From: the human T2T-CHM13v2.0 reference genome, Homo sapiens
Assembly (NCBI GenBank): GCA_009914755.4
Contig: CP086569.2
Span: 3,424,001 to 3,488,000, forward strand
Length of the DNA stretch: 64,000 bases
Direction of reading: 5' to 3'
Shown here: piece after piece, positions 50,290-64,000 of the stretch
Layout: every line of letters begins with the position of its first letter
Position numbering within the stretch: position 1 is the stretch's first letter
Translations under genes and position numbers: made by a program
The notes under the pieces: generated by a model
The model's database searches: none
What the model was told of the DNA's origin: nothing
The model's input: the letters and a program-made list of their open reading frames with translations, nothing else

Positions 50290-51330
50290 CCCTAAAACCT
50301 CATAAATATTATGACACTGTCCCTCCCACTTCAGACACTCCTAACAAACACTGTAGCCCCAATATCTTTATTCCTAGGTCTGGTTATCTGAGACCCTTTT
50401 CAGGCATTTTTTCCAATGCCTCCCAATGGGGGGAATGAGAGATAAGAACTGCAGGACTATTGTCACATAACAACTCCATCCAAATCCCTGCACTAAGAGA
50501 CTTGACGAAATTCTGCTATGGCATCTAACAGCCTAAGGCTGTGTCCCTAAATTTATCCCAGCCCCCTATTTATATGCCTGCCTGAGAAAACTTAAGGCTA
50601 CAAAGGAAATTTATTATTTGTTCTAGTCAGCACCTGATGATAGACCCTGGAGCTCCCTTTCTTAGAGCATTTTCTAAAAAGGGCTTACAATTGTGAACAT
50701 GTATTTCTTGCAACTCAGAATGATCTTTCTCAAGGACACAAGAGCCATTCCATTGAAATGTAATCAACAAGAAGGATAAGGCCTCTCTCCTAGTCTCTGT
50801 GAGAGTATAGCATCCTAACTTCCATAACTTCCAGCAAGCAGACACAGCTGGCCTAATCATGTTTACATTAACCAACCCTTCGTACATTTTTGCTTTTTTG
50901 ACTCTACTGAGTGCCCACAGTCCCTCCTCCTTCACGCTCCCTTGAAAATGTACAGGCATGTTTCCACAAATGGGAATGGAGCTCAGTTCTTTCCCCTACA
51001 GTCAGTAATTACTGAATAAAACCTGTTTTTATCCAATGTTTGTCTATTTTTAATTTTGACAGGGGGAAACTTTGAAGAGACTTCTCTCCATTCTGACTTA
51101 GTCCCAGTATGTTTACACTCTTAACCCTTCTCCTTCTGCTTGCCTCTGGCCCTGGGTTCATAAAACTGCAGGGGCTTTCTGTTTCGGGCTCCCTCAGCAG
51201 GGAGAGGACCCCTTTATCTTTGCTGAGCCTCAACCAGTGCAACTGTCCATAAGAGAAATCCAAGTTTCTCCAGTTTCCTCTCTTGTCTGTACATTGCAGT
51301 AAGTGATCAAGCATAAACTGTTTCATTATT
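50290..51330 (+). mobile_element. Possible ERV LTR-like element (low confidence, unclassified)
   Basis: It has a TATA-like ctatttatatgcctgcc (about 50570), ...actgaATAAAacctgtttttatcc (about 51017) and a terminal ...ctgtacattgCA. The organisation looks like U3-R-U5, but I cannot match it to a named family. The minus-strand ORFs at 50627-50959 and 51009-51326 have no recognisable domain. Confidence 0.3.
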
Positions 51331-52149
51331 GACTTGCTTTAATTGTCTACTCCACTGCCTGATAGCTTAGCTCATTCCTGGCTCACCTGAGCTTCTGAAG
51401 ATCTTAATTGTAATTTTTCATTCTTTGAAAAACTAGTAATATGGCCTTATTTGTTGCCATATAACAAACATTCGTATATATCTCCTTTTATGTATGTATG
51501 AAATTCTGTACTGTATGTCACTGAGAGTAGAAATAGTTGTAAATTATATACAATTTTAATCCCCCTTGATAGTTCTCAATTTCATATCAAGAGTGTTGTT
51601 CTAATCACACTTCCAACAACAGTGAGTGAAAGTTTATAATTCTCCATATTGTCATTAACTCTAAGTATGATCCATTTTTTAATATTTTTGTCAGTTTCAT
51701 GGTTGTGAAATTGTAAATAATTTTGTATTAATCTGCATTTACCTAATTATTGGTAATTTTGAGCATGCTCATGTTTCTGGTCCATTTTGATTTCCTCTTC
51801 TATGAAGTGCTTGGTCATATATTTGACAATTTTTGTTTGAGGTTTCTTTTTATTGATATCTTGAAGTTCGTTAATATGTTTGCTAATATTATTTTCTGGT
51901 ATACATTTCAAATATCTTATTCCAGATTGTGGTTCATATCTGCTTATCCTACATTTTGCCATTCAGAATTTATCAGCACTTTATGACTTGTGTTTTTTTG
52001 TGTTTAAGTTAATCTTTTTCTACCCTGAGGTAAAAAAGTATTTTTTCTAAGACTTAAAAAGTCTTTTTATGATTTGCTTTTAAATCTATGGAAATTTATG
52101 TCTGTGAATTTTGTGATGAAGAAAGCTTTGGATTTTTTATCATGAGATT

Positions 52150-52690
52150 ATTAGTTATTGTGATGGTTAACACTGAGTGTCAACTTGATTAGATTAAAGG
52201 ATGCAAAGGATTGTTCCTGGGTATGTCTGTGAGGGTGTTGCCAAAGGAGACTAACATTTGAGTCAGTGTACTGGGAGAGGCAGACACACCCTCAATCTGG
52301 GTGGGCACCATCTAATCAGCTGCCAGTGCAGCTAGGATAAAAGGAGGCAGAGGAATGTAGAAGGACCAGACTGATTCAGTCTTCCTACCTTCATCTTCCT
52401 CCCATGTTGGATGCTTCCTGCGCTCAAATGTAGGACTCCAAGTTCTTCAGCTTTTTGATTGTTGGGCTTACACCAGTGGTTTTCCAGGGGCTCTCGGAAC
52501 TTTAGCCATGGACTGAAGGCTGCACTGTCAGATTCCCTACTTTTGAAATTTTGGGACCCGGATTGGCTTCCTTGCTCCTTAGCTTGCAGATGGCTTATCG
52601 TGGGACTTCATCTTGTGATAGACTCACACTATATTAAATAATGAATACTTTTCTACTGATACGTAATAACATCTCTTTCATATAATTTAC
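52150..52690 (+). mobile_element. ERVL-MaLR-type LTR (THE1/MST/MLT-like)
   Basis: tgtgatggttaacactgagtgtcaacttgattagattaaaggatgcaaaggattgttcctgggtatgtctgtgagggtgttgccaaaggagactaacatttgagtcagtgtactgggagaggcagacacaccctcaatctgggtgggcaccatctaatcagctgccagtgcagctaggataaaagg...ggcttatcgtgggacttcatcttgtgatagactcacactatattaaataa. I recognise this as a common human LTR consensus pattern; the exact subfamily is unresolved. Confidence 0.5.
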
Positions 52691-55600
52691 CTGCTTTTCC
52701 TCTGTGTTCCTCACAAGTGAAACTGAAAACATTCTCCACTAATTATCAGAGTGCCTGGCACATAGTAGACAATACATGTTCAAGGAATGTATCAGTAAGG
52801 ACTTTTGAGAAGGCTAATGCCCTATCTGGATGGAATTTGGGGTAGCAACTATTAGAAAAAGATATTTTTTTCTTTCCTTGTGTCACATGGTTCCTCTGAT
52901 TATTTTTCTCACTGATTGATCGTTGATTAGTTATTAAGTCAACACCTAGAATAAGACTGATTCTTAACTACTACCAAATATTAACCTTCTGTTTCAATGG
53001 ACCTATTCCACTTAATTTGTATCCAATATAATATATTTATTTCAACCTGCTGGTCTTTGCTTTACCTCATTTAGCAGACATTTCTTCTTTTTGTCTAGTG
53101 ATACAAATATAGTTACGTCAAAACCTATTTTATTTTTTATATTTCTAGAAGCCCATCTTGTCTATTCCAGGTGCCGATAATTTTTTACCTCTCCCACCCA
53201 CCATACCCACTAAAGTGCTTAATATTGAGGAGGTTTTTGTGATATCTTGGCCTTTCTTGGTCTCTATGTCTTATGCTTGCCATGCAGATTATCTATCAAT
53301 TATATTCAGATTTCCAACTAAGGTAGTTTAAAAAGTTAGAGAATGTTATACTTGAAAAAAAACTTAGATTTTATGATGTCCAGTTTATAGATAAGAAAAC
53401 TAGGCCTGAAAGAAGTGAAGGGATTTTCCCAAGGCCATAGAGCTAGCGAGTGGCTAGCAAGTGGTAGGGTTTGTATTTGGACAATAATGTATTGAATTTC
53501 ATATCATGTCTCTTCCCTGTTTCACCATTCTTAGGTTTATTTGTCATGTTGATATTGAGCTGGAGATTGTAACACAGTGGTGTCAAGCTGAGATGTAAAC
53601 TAAATTTTATATTCTCAACCTGGTAGGGGATGGAGAAGTCATTATTTTGAGCTAGATATTTGCTGCAACTCTGTTACGGGAATGAGAAAGGAAGACGTGC
53701 AAGGTTACCATCATCCAAAAAGCTTCACATCTCAAAGACATATGAAGAAAGAATGCTAGAGAGTAGAAAAATACAGATGTTCATAGGTTCGTGGATTTGA
53801 TGGTGAGAGAATAAAGGTGTTTCTTATTGCTATAGTAACCTTGTGCATAGAGTTCTGAGAAGGCCAAGAATCTGAGGACTCAAGTAAGCCAAAGCGTCCA
53901 ACCAACTGCCTGAGTCTGGCCCAGATCATAGGTAAATCCTATTTTTGGAAGCTTCTTTAGATGGTTTTGGTAAGCATTCTACTCATGCTATGACTGGCTG
54001 GGCATAGCAAGAGTGTAAAGAAAATGGAGAGCTGACATTGCTTCCTCATCTCACTGTTTTTATCTTTAGGTGTATTACAGCTTCCCTGTGGTCTTTCTTT
54101 GCAAAGAATAGCTGTTTAGATTTTCTGGCCCAAATCCATGCTTTACATTGACCAACTGTCCTGTCATTACCTAGTCATGTTATCCTTCCAATTTCATGAA
54201 TGATTTATTAAAGATAGATTGTGAGGATGTTTTTGTATAGTATAGTATAACGTGTACTTGAAAACATGGATATATTTAGTGGAAAAATAGACCTATTACA
54301 TAGTCTAACTCTGATTAATATATATTCTGTAACTTACAATAAACGCAAATATATTGTTTGTCCATAATATGATATTATTAAAGCTATCATCAAATCTATC
54401 TTGATACTACATTACCATTAAAGTGAACATACAAGGTTAATTATATCTTATATTCCATGGGAGTATGAAGCACATTGGGAGGTAATTTGTATATTACAGA
54501 ATTTATTAACAACAATAGATTTAACAGCTACTAGGTCAACGTAAGACATTTATTTGGGTGGAAATACGTTACTTAAATTCGGAAGATTTATAAATCAGTG
54601 AACTTTGCTTGGGTGTCTGCTCCCTGACCTTAAAATAGCTCCATTAAGGTTGTTATAATGAACTCATTATTTATATTTTCTTCTAGTCCACATTCAGAAA
54701 AGTTTTTAGTAGGTGTAATAATCTGTTTAACACACTCAGATTTTGTAGTGAATACAGACGATCCCAAAGAGAAAGATGCTAGTTCTGAGTGAGGAGCTAA
54801 ATTGCACAATAAGCTACAACACTGCAAAAGGGATCCCCAACCCTCTTTAAAAGGCCATTTCACATCATTAGTGCATAATTAAGTGAATCAAGGAGGTTTA
54901 GTAATAAATGTATTTACTTTCAATTATCTTCAGGAAAACCTGTCCAAATGATCGTTTCCAAGCCCAGAGACTTCAGACAGAGCCTGTGAATTGTGCCTGC
55001 TGTTGTGAATCACAGGAATGCCTCAGTGAACTCATCTAGCCCTCTGTATTATATGTTAAACATGTAAGAGGGATATAGAAAAGGATACTATACATAGCCT
55101 AATATCCTGACAGTGTGTATTCCTGGGGCTCTTCCTCTTATTCAGAAAACACTCCAGGAATCAGTGATGGATGAAAAAAGGAGGACACTAAGAAACAGGT
55201 CAAAGGTGACAACTGAATAAAAGTTGCTGCAGGCTTTAACCTTAAAGTACTGAAGAAAAAAAATTCTGCTGAGATTTGGTAGCAATACATATAACAGAAG
55301 GCTGAAGTCCAAAAATCTCTAAGGTATTTGGAGATATAGAAAGGCCAGATTAGAGGTCTTATCTTTTCCTTCCTTCAGAGTCAATTCTTTGTTAACTCTA
55401 CAGTGTCTAGTACTAACATTTGTGGTAAAAATCTTTGACCGACTAATTGAAACATGTTATAGGAGATTGCAGCAAAGCACAAACCTAAATGCACATTGTC
55501 TTTTCCAAAAAGCTATTCTAAAAATCTAACTGTGGCTCTAGTTTGAATACATTCAAAGCCTACATCTGAGCTCCTTCTCTGGAATTAACCCAGATGTTTT

Positions 55601-56964
55601 AGTCTCAGCCTCATCTAGAGCTTTTTTAAAGCAGATAATAGGAAGAGAGATAAAAGAGAAATCTGTTTAAACGGAGAAAGATACTCAGAATAAAATATGT
55701 ATTTGGTCTGTGTCTGTTTCTGTTTCTGTTTGCTTTTACTGTCTTTCTCAGCATTCTTTCTGTAGAGCCCTCAACCCAGAAATCCAGTATTCTTGTGCTG
55801 ACCTCTAAGTTTGCAGAGGCCACATTTCACTCTTTGCAGACCTACCTTCCCACAGTAGTCCATTTAAGTTTCACTTGTATTTTCTTCTTAGCTATCCAAA
55901 CTTGCCTTTGTGAAAATATGGCAGGACTAAAAGTTTTTCATGGAGTTCCAAGTGTCTTCCCCATCCCTCTTGTCAAATCCAATTGACCAACTCATGGCTT
56001 CTAAAACTAAAAGCCTAGTCTCATTGTTCCTCCTGCCTGTGCTATTATTACCATAGCCTCAGTTTTCCCATACTTTCCATGAATTTGGTCAATGACCAAT
56101 TCTCAAATTTAAACTCAACTCTAACCTTTTTTGATCAAGTTTATGAATTTTTAATGATCTTGCTCCACCCAGAACAGTCATCTTGAGCTGTCGTCAATTC
56201 AAAAGGTTTCAATGACGGCTTGAGCTAATGGCTTTTCTTTGGTTTTTCTTTTTTACCACTTGTCTTGATCCTCTTTTCCTCAGGACATGGTTCTTTGTTG
56301 AATATTGTGATTTGATAAATCAATCTAGGTTGTAGGTTTATGATTGTCAATGAATAAATGTACTCTCTCATTGAAGTAACACAAATATGTGTCAATAGGT
56401 ACCTGTGAGTAACTTAGAAATTTACTCCAAAAGAGAATATGATAATCTTAATTTATCAGACTAAATAGGAGAGGTAATTGAAGGCAAAGAATGGTCCATA
56501 TTCAAAAATCATTAATGCCACCACTGTACCAGGTTTCTGAGTACCTATGCATTTATTCTAACAACCTAGCATCTATTTCAGTCTGCAAAGGAGATTCCAT
56601 CTAAGAAAGTATAGCATTAAAAATCTAGAGCAGAGAAAAGGAAGTCATGTCTTCACTGGGGCACCCTTGCCTCTCATTCTCAACTCTGAAGTATCTGCAA
56701 TATTTTTTTTTCCTCAAGGGAGTATCATCACATATATAAGATTTAAAATACCTCACCACAGGTTTCTAATTTCATTTAAGACAAACATGGCATCAGGACT
56801 CATAATCAAGTCTGTTTACGAAGCATGTGCATTTAGTGTTCAATTTATCATGTCTTAAAATGGGCTACTATAAAATATTCCTTCTATATGGGCATATTTT
56901 AAAAAATTGACTCATTAACAATTGGAAAGTTGTCTTTGTGTAATTTTATTATCTATATCATTAA

Positions 56965-57296
<332 letters not shown>

Positions 57297-57439
57297 TTCT
57301 ATTCCCTTTTATTTCAGCTGTTAAAATTATGTTTGACAGAGCAGGAGCATTGCCATCTTGTACAAGCACCACCATTTTAAAGTTCCCCTTGATCAAAAAC
57401 TGCCTAAATCCAAAGGGCATCAGCCTAATAGCTGAGGTC

Positions 57440-58130
57440 AGCATGACCATAAACCACAAATTACATCTCCAACCAGAAACATTCCAACCCTAAGATAACC
57501 TCCCCCCAACCAGAGAGGACACCCTCCTGTTTGGGTGAGGCTCATAATGAGGCCCCCTCACCATTACAGGAGGAAATCTCTTCACTGCTGGCACTGACAA
57601 TGGAAGACTGAGGGTGCCCGGGATCCTTCACCCCCACATCCAGTGAGTCCACGGAACCCAGGGTAACTGGGATGGTATCTGGTAAGATTATTTCCTTCTT
57701 TTTGGATACTGGGGCGAGTCTATCAGTATTAACTGAAAATCAAGGCCCATTAGGACATTCATCTGTTTCTGTTGTTGGCATGAAGGACATACAAGTAACC
57801 CCATACAAAACACCACCACTATACTGCTCATTTGAGGTAGTCACCTTCACTCACTCTTGGTCATTCCCCATTGTCCCACTCCTTTACTAGGAAGGAACAT
57901 CCTACACAAACTAGGGGGAATCATTTATTTATTAGCCCTACATCAAAGCCACCCTTACTTATTATTATGTCAAGAACAAAACCCCTCCTCAGACACTCCA
58001 CATCAAATAGACTTAAATCCCAAATTCCTCAACCAGGTAAATCCCATAGTATGGAACACTGCATTAGCATTGCATAGTATGGAACATTGCAATAACAATG
58101 ATAGCTATTGCCAGTGGAATGTGTAAACTT
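57440..58130 (+). mobile_element. ERV internal fragment (gag 3' end and protease), class I/II-like
   Basis: Plus ORF 57672-57890 has the retroviral aspartic protease active-site region (FFLDTGASLSVL). ORF 57857-58126 has the conserved protease C-terminal motif (PLLGRNILHKLGGII). No LTRs are adjacent. Confidence 0.6.
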
Positions 58131-58555
58131 CTATACCCACTACATTAACCAGTTTGAAAATATTCCTTGACGTCATTCCTTAAAACATCTTTAATAACTA
58201 GTTCTTTGATTAAGACCTCTTATTTTCAAATTAATGTTTTATTGAATTACACTTTTTCTCACTAAACAAATTTTAGTATGTGATGGGTTTTTAATGGCCA
58301 GAAAACACATTCATTGTTCACTTTTATCCTGTGATCAAACTATATGCCAGTGATAAAATACTGATTTATAATTTAAACTTCTCTTGAGGGAGGCAAATGT
58401 CAGTTCCTACCTTGGTTTATCATAACACTATCTCTGTTGCCTTATATACAATTCAGAAATTAAAATATGCTTGTATTTTGGGTAGAGAAGGACAGGATAA
58501 ATCAAATACTATGTAACAATTGACCTTGTATAGACTCTATTTCAAAAGATACTTT

Positions 58556-58745
58556 ACCAGCTTGAGCAACATAGTGAGACACAGTCTTTACAATTTTTTT
58601 AATTATTAGCTGGGCATAGTGTGACACATGTTTGTACTGCCAACTACTCAGGAGACTGAACAGAAGGATCATTTGATTGCCATTATTACAACACTGCACT
58701 CCAGCATAGGTGAAAGAGAGACACCCTATCTCAAAAAATATATAA
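58556..58745 (+). mobile_element. Alu fragment (5'-truncated, sense)
   Basis: ccagcttgagcaacatagtgagacacagtctttacaa...attagctgggcatagtgtgacacatgtttgtactgccaactactcaggagactgaacagaaggatcatttgattgcc...cactgcactccagcataggtgaaagagagacaccctatctcaaaaaa. Confidence 0.65.
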
Positions 58746-60136
58746 AACAACAATAAAAAATACTTTAATACCTAGGATGAATTTTTTTTTGTGGTGGAAA
58801 ATCTAATGACATTGTTCATCAAATTAACTATAAGATAAATGACATAATTAATAATTTTTGCCAGATATATTTTAAGAAACATTTTTCATATAATATCAAA
58901 ATGAGAAAAAAATTGCTGTCATTTTCTAAAATCACTCTGAGAATAGTAAAATTAACTAGATCCATGTTGAAATGAGAACACTATAGATAAATAATATTTG
59001 TAAAGTACTCCAAGAATTTTAATCTCTTTAATATATTTGTCTCTCAAGTTTATTGAAAAAAGTTTGAAAATTCAAAGTTCAAACAGCAATGCCTTTTATT
59101 GTGGTAACATTTTGGCTAAAATACATCTTTGTAATATATACATATTGCACTTTTCAGTGATTTCTGGGTTATATTTTTTTTGATAAAGGTCATATAAAAT
59201 GTCAGGAAATGTTTGATTTTTAGTGAAAAATTATCTTGAAAACTATTATTTGCTGTTTCATTTCAAAGAAACAAGAATGAAGAGGAAAGAGATATTTCAT
59301 AACAAAAGTGTTGGGGTTTTTTAACTCAAAAATATTATTCATTTTATGAAATATTTCACAAGTTAGAATGCACTGTGAATTGGGAATGTTATATAATATG
59401 TTTGTTAATTATTAATCTTGATTTCTAATTGCCAAATTTTTCAAATTGATGATGTCTTGCAACTAGGCACACCAAGACACATTTGGGAGAGTAACTTTAT
59501 GAAACACTTTCTAAATTAGTGATGATAATTTAAAAATTAGGTTATTACTAGGTATATAAATTCACAGGGAATTATGATTTTTATGCTACATATATTTTAA
59601 AACACTCTTATTACTGTAGGCCTGGCTACATTAGGGTAATTACACAAAGCTTCAAGAAGGGGGAAATTTCCTTAAAATCTTAAACCATTGTATAATATAT
59701 GTATAATTATAATACCAATAATCCCAGTTCTTAATGCATTATACACCCATAGTTAATGGACTATGCAAAGAAATATTACTGACCACAAAGCTCACAAATT
59801 CTTCCACCTCTCTCCATGTCTACTACCAACACAAACTAAGCCTTTTTCTTACTAGGGTTATAGCAATAGACTTGTGCCTGGTTTTCCTATGTTCAGCCTA
59901 GTTGAAGCTCATTAATTTGTTGCTTTAATTATTTGATTAATACCAGTCACTGCCTTTAACCTACAAGTTCCCTGAGAGTAGGAATCAAACTGTTTTTGCT
60001 CAACATTGTATCTTAATGTCTGGCACATGGTAAACACTCAATAAATATTTGCTTGATAAATGAAACAAAGTGTAAAATAAATAAAATAGAAGAACACAGC
60101 AGAAAACATTCATAATGTGTTTTTTTGGAGAATGAC

Positions 60137-60293
60137 AAACAGGACAAAAGTTAATATCATCACAAAATAGTCTAGATACCATAATTTTCAGAGCCCTGGG
60201 CTTGATACGAATTAATAACTCAATCATGTTATAACTAATTATACTTGAGCTTATTATCCTCAATTGCCTTTTTTGGTGTCAAAATCAAGTCAT
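60137..60293. repeat. Local direct duplication, copy 1 (~160 bp, about 85-88% identical to copy 2)
   Basis: aaacaggacaaaagttaatatcatcacaaaatagtctagataccataattttcagagccctgggcttgatacgaattaataactca...tatacttgagcttattatcctcaattgccttttttggtgtcaaaatcaagtcat. Confidence 0.65.
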
Positions 60294-60568
60294 ATTGATA
60301 TTTTATTTCAATATGCTTTTCTAAATTTTGAAAATAAATTAACAATGATATTTCATTTTTTATAAGAATAAAAGTTTTTATCTTATAAATTAGGTTTTCT
60401 TAACAATTTACTGTATATTTACCATTTGTGAATTTTCTGTTGAAATTTATTGGTACTTTCATCCTGTTTCACTCTTTGGGGAAAATCAGTTAGTCTATTC
60501 ATGACAAATTATTGCCAGCAATTTCATCCTTCTCATTTGTCTTAAAATTAGTTACTTCAGAATAGGAG

Positions 60569-60789
60569 TCTCTGCCACCCAGGATCAAGTGATTTTCTCA
60601 CCTCAGCCTTCAAAGTAGCTAGGACTAGGGGCATGCGCCACCACACCTGGCTAATTTTTTGTATTTATTCATAGAGATGGGGTTTCACTATGTTGCCCAG
60701 GCGGTTCTCAAACTCCTGGGCTCATGCGATCTGCCAGCCTTGGCCTCTCAAAATGCTAGGATTACTGGCATGAGCCACCGCACCCAGCC
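60569..60789 (-). mobile_element. Alu SINE, antisense, truncated or internally deleted
   Basis: tctctgccacccaggatcaagtgattttctcacctcagccttcaaagtagctaggactaggggcatgcgccaccacacctggctaattttttgtatttattcatagagatggggtttcactatgttgcccaggcggttctcaaactcctgggctcatgcgatctgccagccttggcctctcaaaatgctaggattactggcatgagccaccgcacccagcc. Confidence 0.85.
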
Positions 60790-60984
60790 AATACTTCATC
60801 CTTTTTTATTGCTCTTCTGGAAGGCTTTTCAGCTCTAATATGCTTATCTTATTGAGGAAACAAGAGTAAAAATGAAAAAGAATTATATACTATATTTTAG
60901 AAAGAGAGACACCACGGATTTTAGAAAGGGAAGCTTCTTTCTCTGTGTTTTGCTGTTGATGCTCCACCTTCCTTGCAGAAAACT

Positions 60985-61148
60985 AAACAGGACAAAAGTT
61001 AATATCATCACAAAATAGTCTAAATACAATAATTTCCAGAGCCCCGGGCTTAATACAAATTAATAACTCAGAGTCACTCATCTTATAACTATTATACTTG
61101 AGCTTATTTTCCCAAATTGCCTTTTTTTGGTGTGAAAATCAAGTCATG
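60985..61148. repeat. Local direct duplication, copy 2
   Basis: aaacaggacaaaagttaatatcatcacaaaatagtctaaatacaataatttccagagccccgggcttaatacaaattaataactcagagtcactcatcttataactattatacttgagcttattttcccaaattgcctttttttggtgtgaaaatcaagtcat. Confidence 0.65.
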
Positions 61149-64000
61149 TAGATTAATTTCATGATCTATTTGAACAAAGATACTTATTTCATGACTGAAT
61201 GATCTGACTTTGATATATTTGTCTTATTTTTTCAAAATATCTGGTTAGATCATGTTTTCTACTTTATATACTGCCTTTCTAGGCCAGACTGACAAATATC
61301 CTACATTAGACATGGAGGCAGTCTGAATTTCAATGAAAAAGTAATGAATGTTTTGCAACAAACCTGTACGTTATTGGGTATGTAGAAAGGTTAAGACCAC
61401 TGAGACGTACACATCCATACCCTGGTTTATTAAATGCAACTAAATTAAATTGTTTCAAAATTTTGCTAATGATTCTAACAATATAATCCTTATGTTAATG
61501 TTGAAAACAATTGCATTTTTTATTTTTTGGTTGATCAATTTTGTGGCATAGTTTTGAATCCCAGACACCTTGCAGAGCAATACTTTGCTTTTCACTGTCC
61601 AAAGAGATACAAGTATAAAGTATACTTTCATCTTAATCAGAGGCAGTCATAGATTTTTTTTTTTAATATACAGTGTCAGATCAGGAAAAGAAGCTATCAC
61701 TGATAGAATTTTTTTTAAACATCATAATTTTTAAAAAGTTATTTTCTATGACACATCATACTGTAACATTGAGATTCATAATACTCTGCCCTGATATGTT
61801 ATTAAACGTGAGGATAAAAATAATTACTAAATCCTTTTTCATTACACATGTAGAATTTTTACTTCAGCCTAATTTCCACAGTAATTAGTTCATGTCTTTA
61901 TTAAAGAGATTCTCTGGAAAAGTTCAAATTTAGCTATGTCATAAGTAGCCAACTGGAGGACTTATCTTTCCGAAGAGAAGCAAGCCAATAAAATTATTCA
62001 AGATTATCAGCAGGCACAATTTCTAGATGTAAATTCCATCTCCAACCAAATCCTTCTGAGCACAATCTCAATGGCAACAATAAAGCAGGTCTCACTCCAG
62101 AGAATGTTACCCCTGTTGTATTTCAACGTTTAGACAGGGTCTTCTGTTTGTTTCTTTGATTTTATGGAAAGAGCTTTTCAACTTTTTAAACTTGTTTGTT
62201 TCTTTCAAATAGAAAAACACTAGGTTTTCAAAGGAAATTATACCAACCTAATTACTTTTAACAAATTCAAATTCTGATTGCGCATATAGATATATAATGT
62301 GCTTTGAAAAATTTTCTGTTCTGTTTTAGAAAGTACTAATATCAGAAATATATTTTAGTGTGCTATTTCTGAGACATTCGTTTTTTAAGAAATCAGTAAA
62401 AACATTGGATTATAATAGAAATGGCAAAATTTCCCCCATTCAGTTACATATACATGTAAAAATTTAAATCACCATGAAGCATTTATATCATCATTTTAAA
62501 TAGATTTCCCTATATTATCAATACTTACATGCATCAGTTCATATTTAAAATGGCACAAATATTCTGAATGGATAAAATTTCTTATAAAAGGCATTCATTC
62601 CCACAAGCTGCTGAGCAATTATATATAATAGTTTTATGTATAATTGTTTCTCTTACAGTTATCATGTAAATTGATCATCCTAATCACAATGCAAGTTTAC
62701 ATATGTTTTTGTTATTGTTATTATTTTATTGTATTTTATTTTGTTTTTCCAAGATGATAGCAAATTGGAGTCAGTGTTAGCAAGACTCTCCCACTTGGAA
62801 AGACAAAATAGTGTATAGTCATTCACACTGTGAACTCTATTTCCAAGAAGAAATGCAGAAACTTAACAGGAAAACGGAAATCCACCAATTCTCTGAAAGA
62901 AGCTGCATGCTGCAGCCTACATTGTAAGGTAGGCAAAAAACTGTTTTAACTTCCCAGAATGTGAGAGGGAAAGAGAGTGCTTCGGGATATACCCTCCCAC
63001 CAGGAAACCTGGAAATCCAGCCCTCAGGAAAAGCCTGAACGCTACACAGAGCTGGTACTGATTTAGGGAGCAGTGAGGAATGGGAAGAGCCTTGTGTGGG
63101 ACCTTGTGGAAGTCACCCAATTAACTCAGGCAACATTTGCAAGTTGAAAGAAGCTCCTACCTGAATTTTGTGAAATAGCTATTTCCCAGGGAGGCTTCTG
63201 GTCTGCGGCAGTCTTAGTTCTGAATATAGACGTCCTGGAATTTAGCTCACTGCTGTTAGCAGAAATCTACAGGTGTGAGAACTACCTTGCCAAGTGCATG
63301 GGATCTGGGTGGGGCTTACTGATGCCTGCTGTGCCCCACTTCTTGCACAAACTATTCTGTGCAGTAGAGGCAGCTTTTCTCCACTCTGGTACATTACATC
63401 AGTGGTGAGGTAACTGTCCCTCAACTCCCACAGTGGCTGCAGATTGCCCCACATATGGAGAGTCAGAGCATGGATCTCTCTGACCCAGCCCACACCTGAT
63501 TTTGCCCCTCTACCCACACTGATAGCCTAACACAAAAGACAGGAACTTTTGGGAGCTTTATGTCCCCACCCATCACCTGAGAAACCAGAGTGCCTCCTTT
63601 GGGTAACATAAGGCAAACACAAATCTCAACACTACTACTGCAGCTGATGCTCCTTTGCAAACACGACCTCCTAGCTGGAGGCCAACCAACACAGTCCATT
63701 ACAGCACTTTCAGGTAGATAACACTGCACCCCGGAAGGAGAAAATTTGTACATGATATCAGCTATCACCATTGCCTGCACCAACATGACTAACCAGGAAG
63801 TCCTGATACTATCTACGTGACCAGTTTATTTTTGCTGCAACTGGCATTTGAGAAAGCCAACACACTAACACTATCCATAGCCAAAGAATCTCAACGAGTC
63901 TACATTACTCCCCTGCCGCCTGCATCAGAACTGGTGCTGGTACTTGATACTGGGAGACTTGAGGACAGGTCACATCTCTGAATCCCTTGCAGACATTTCC

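Noticed and set aside
62900-64000. GC-richer block resembling an old L1 5'UTR or ERV leader
   Set aside because: I could not align it from memory to any consensus with confidence. It is left unannotated rather than guessed.

Overview
This window is primate (almost certainly human) nuclear DNA, AT-rich and repeat-dense, not prokaryotic sequence. Alu, L1, ERV/LTR and microsatellite sequence make up most of it. I found no credible cellular protein-coding gene, rRNA, tRNA gene, CRISPR array or operon-like system. The long ORFs in the supplied track are either decayed retroelement genes (L1 ORF1/ORF2, ERV gag/pro/pol/env) or low-complexity artefacts of microsatellites. There is no previously undescribed 'system' of the prokaryotic kind here.

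The structures that stand out are:
- **Twin-primed L1 (15236-21498):** a ~6.3 kb primate L1 insertion with the classic twin-priming inversion. The 3' half is antisense, the 5'UTR-ORF1-ORF2 N-terminal half is sense, and about 95 bp of L1 is missing at the breakpoint. It is flanked by a 9-bp target-site duplication (TATTATTAA) and sits inside an older antisense L1M. A later Alu landed inside it.
- **Nested L1M (32735-46833):** a 14-kb sense-strand L1M split three times. The interruptions are a Tigger-like DNA-transposon fragment, a HERV-K(HML-2) LTR5 solo LTR with a 5-bp TSD, and a full-length ~8.1 kb class-I ERV provirus. The provirus is antisense, has two ~450-bp LTRs, a tRNA-Phe-like primer binding site, a polypurine tract and decayed gag-pro-pol-env.
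- **Pyrimidine tandem array (25541-26332):** an ~0.8 kb higher-order pyrimidine-rich array abutting an Alu tail.
- **TA/CA minisatellite (47769-48782):** a ~1 kb complex TA/CA-rich minisatellite.
- **Candidate promoter (29397-29552):** a speculative TATA promoter with a short 5' exon and consensus splice donor.

Coordinates of old repeats are approximate (about +/-10-30 bp). Many ancient repeats in the unique-looking stretches are probably unannotated.
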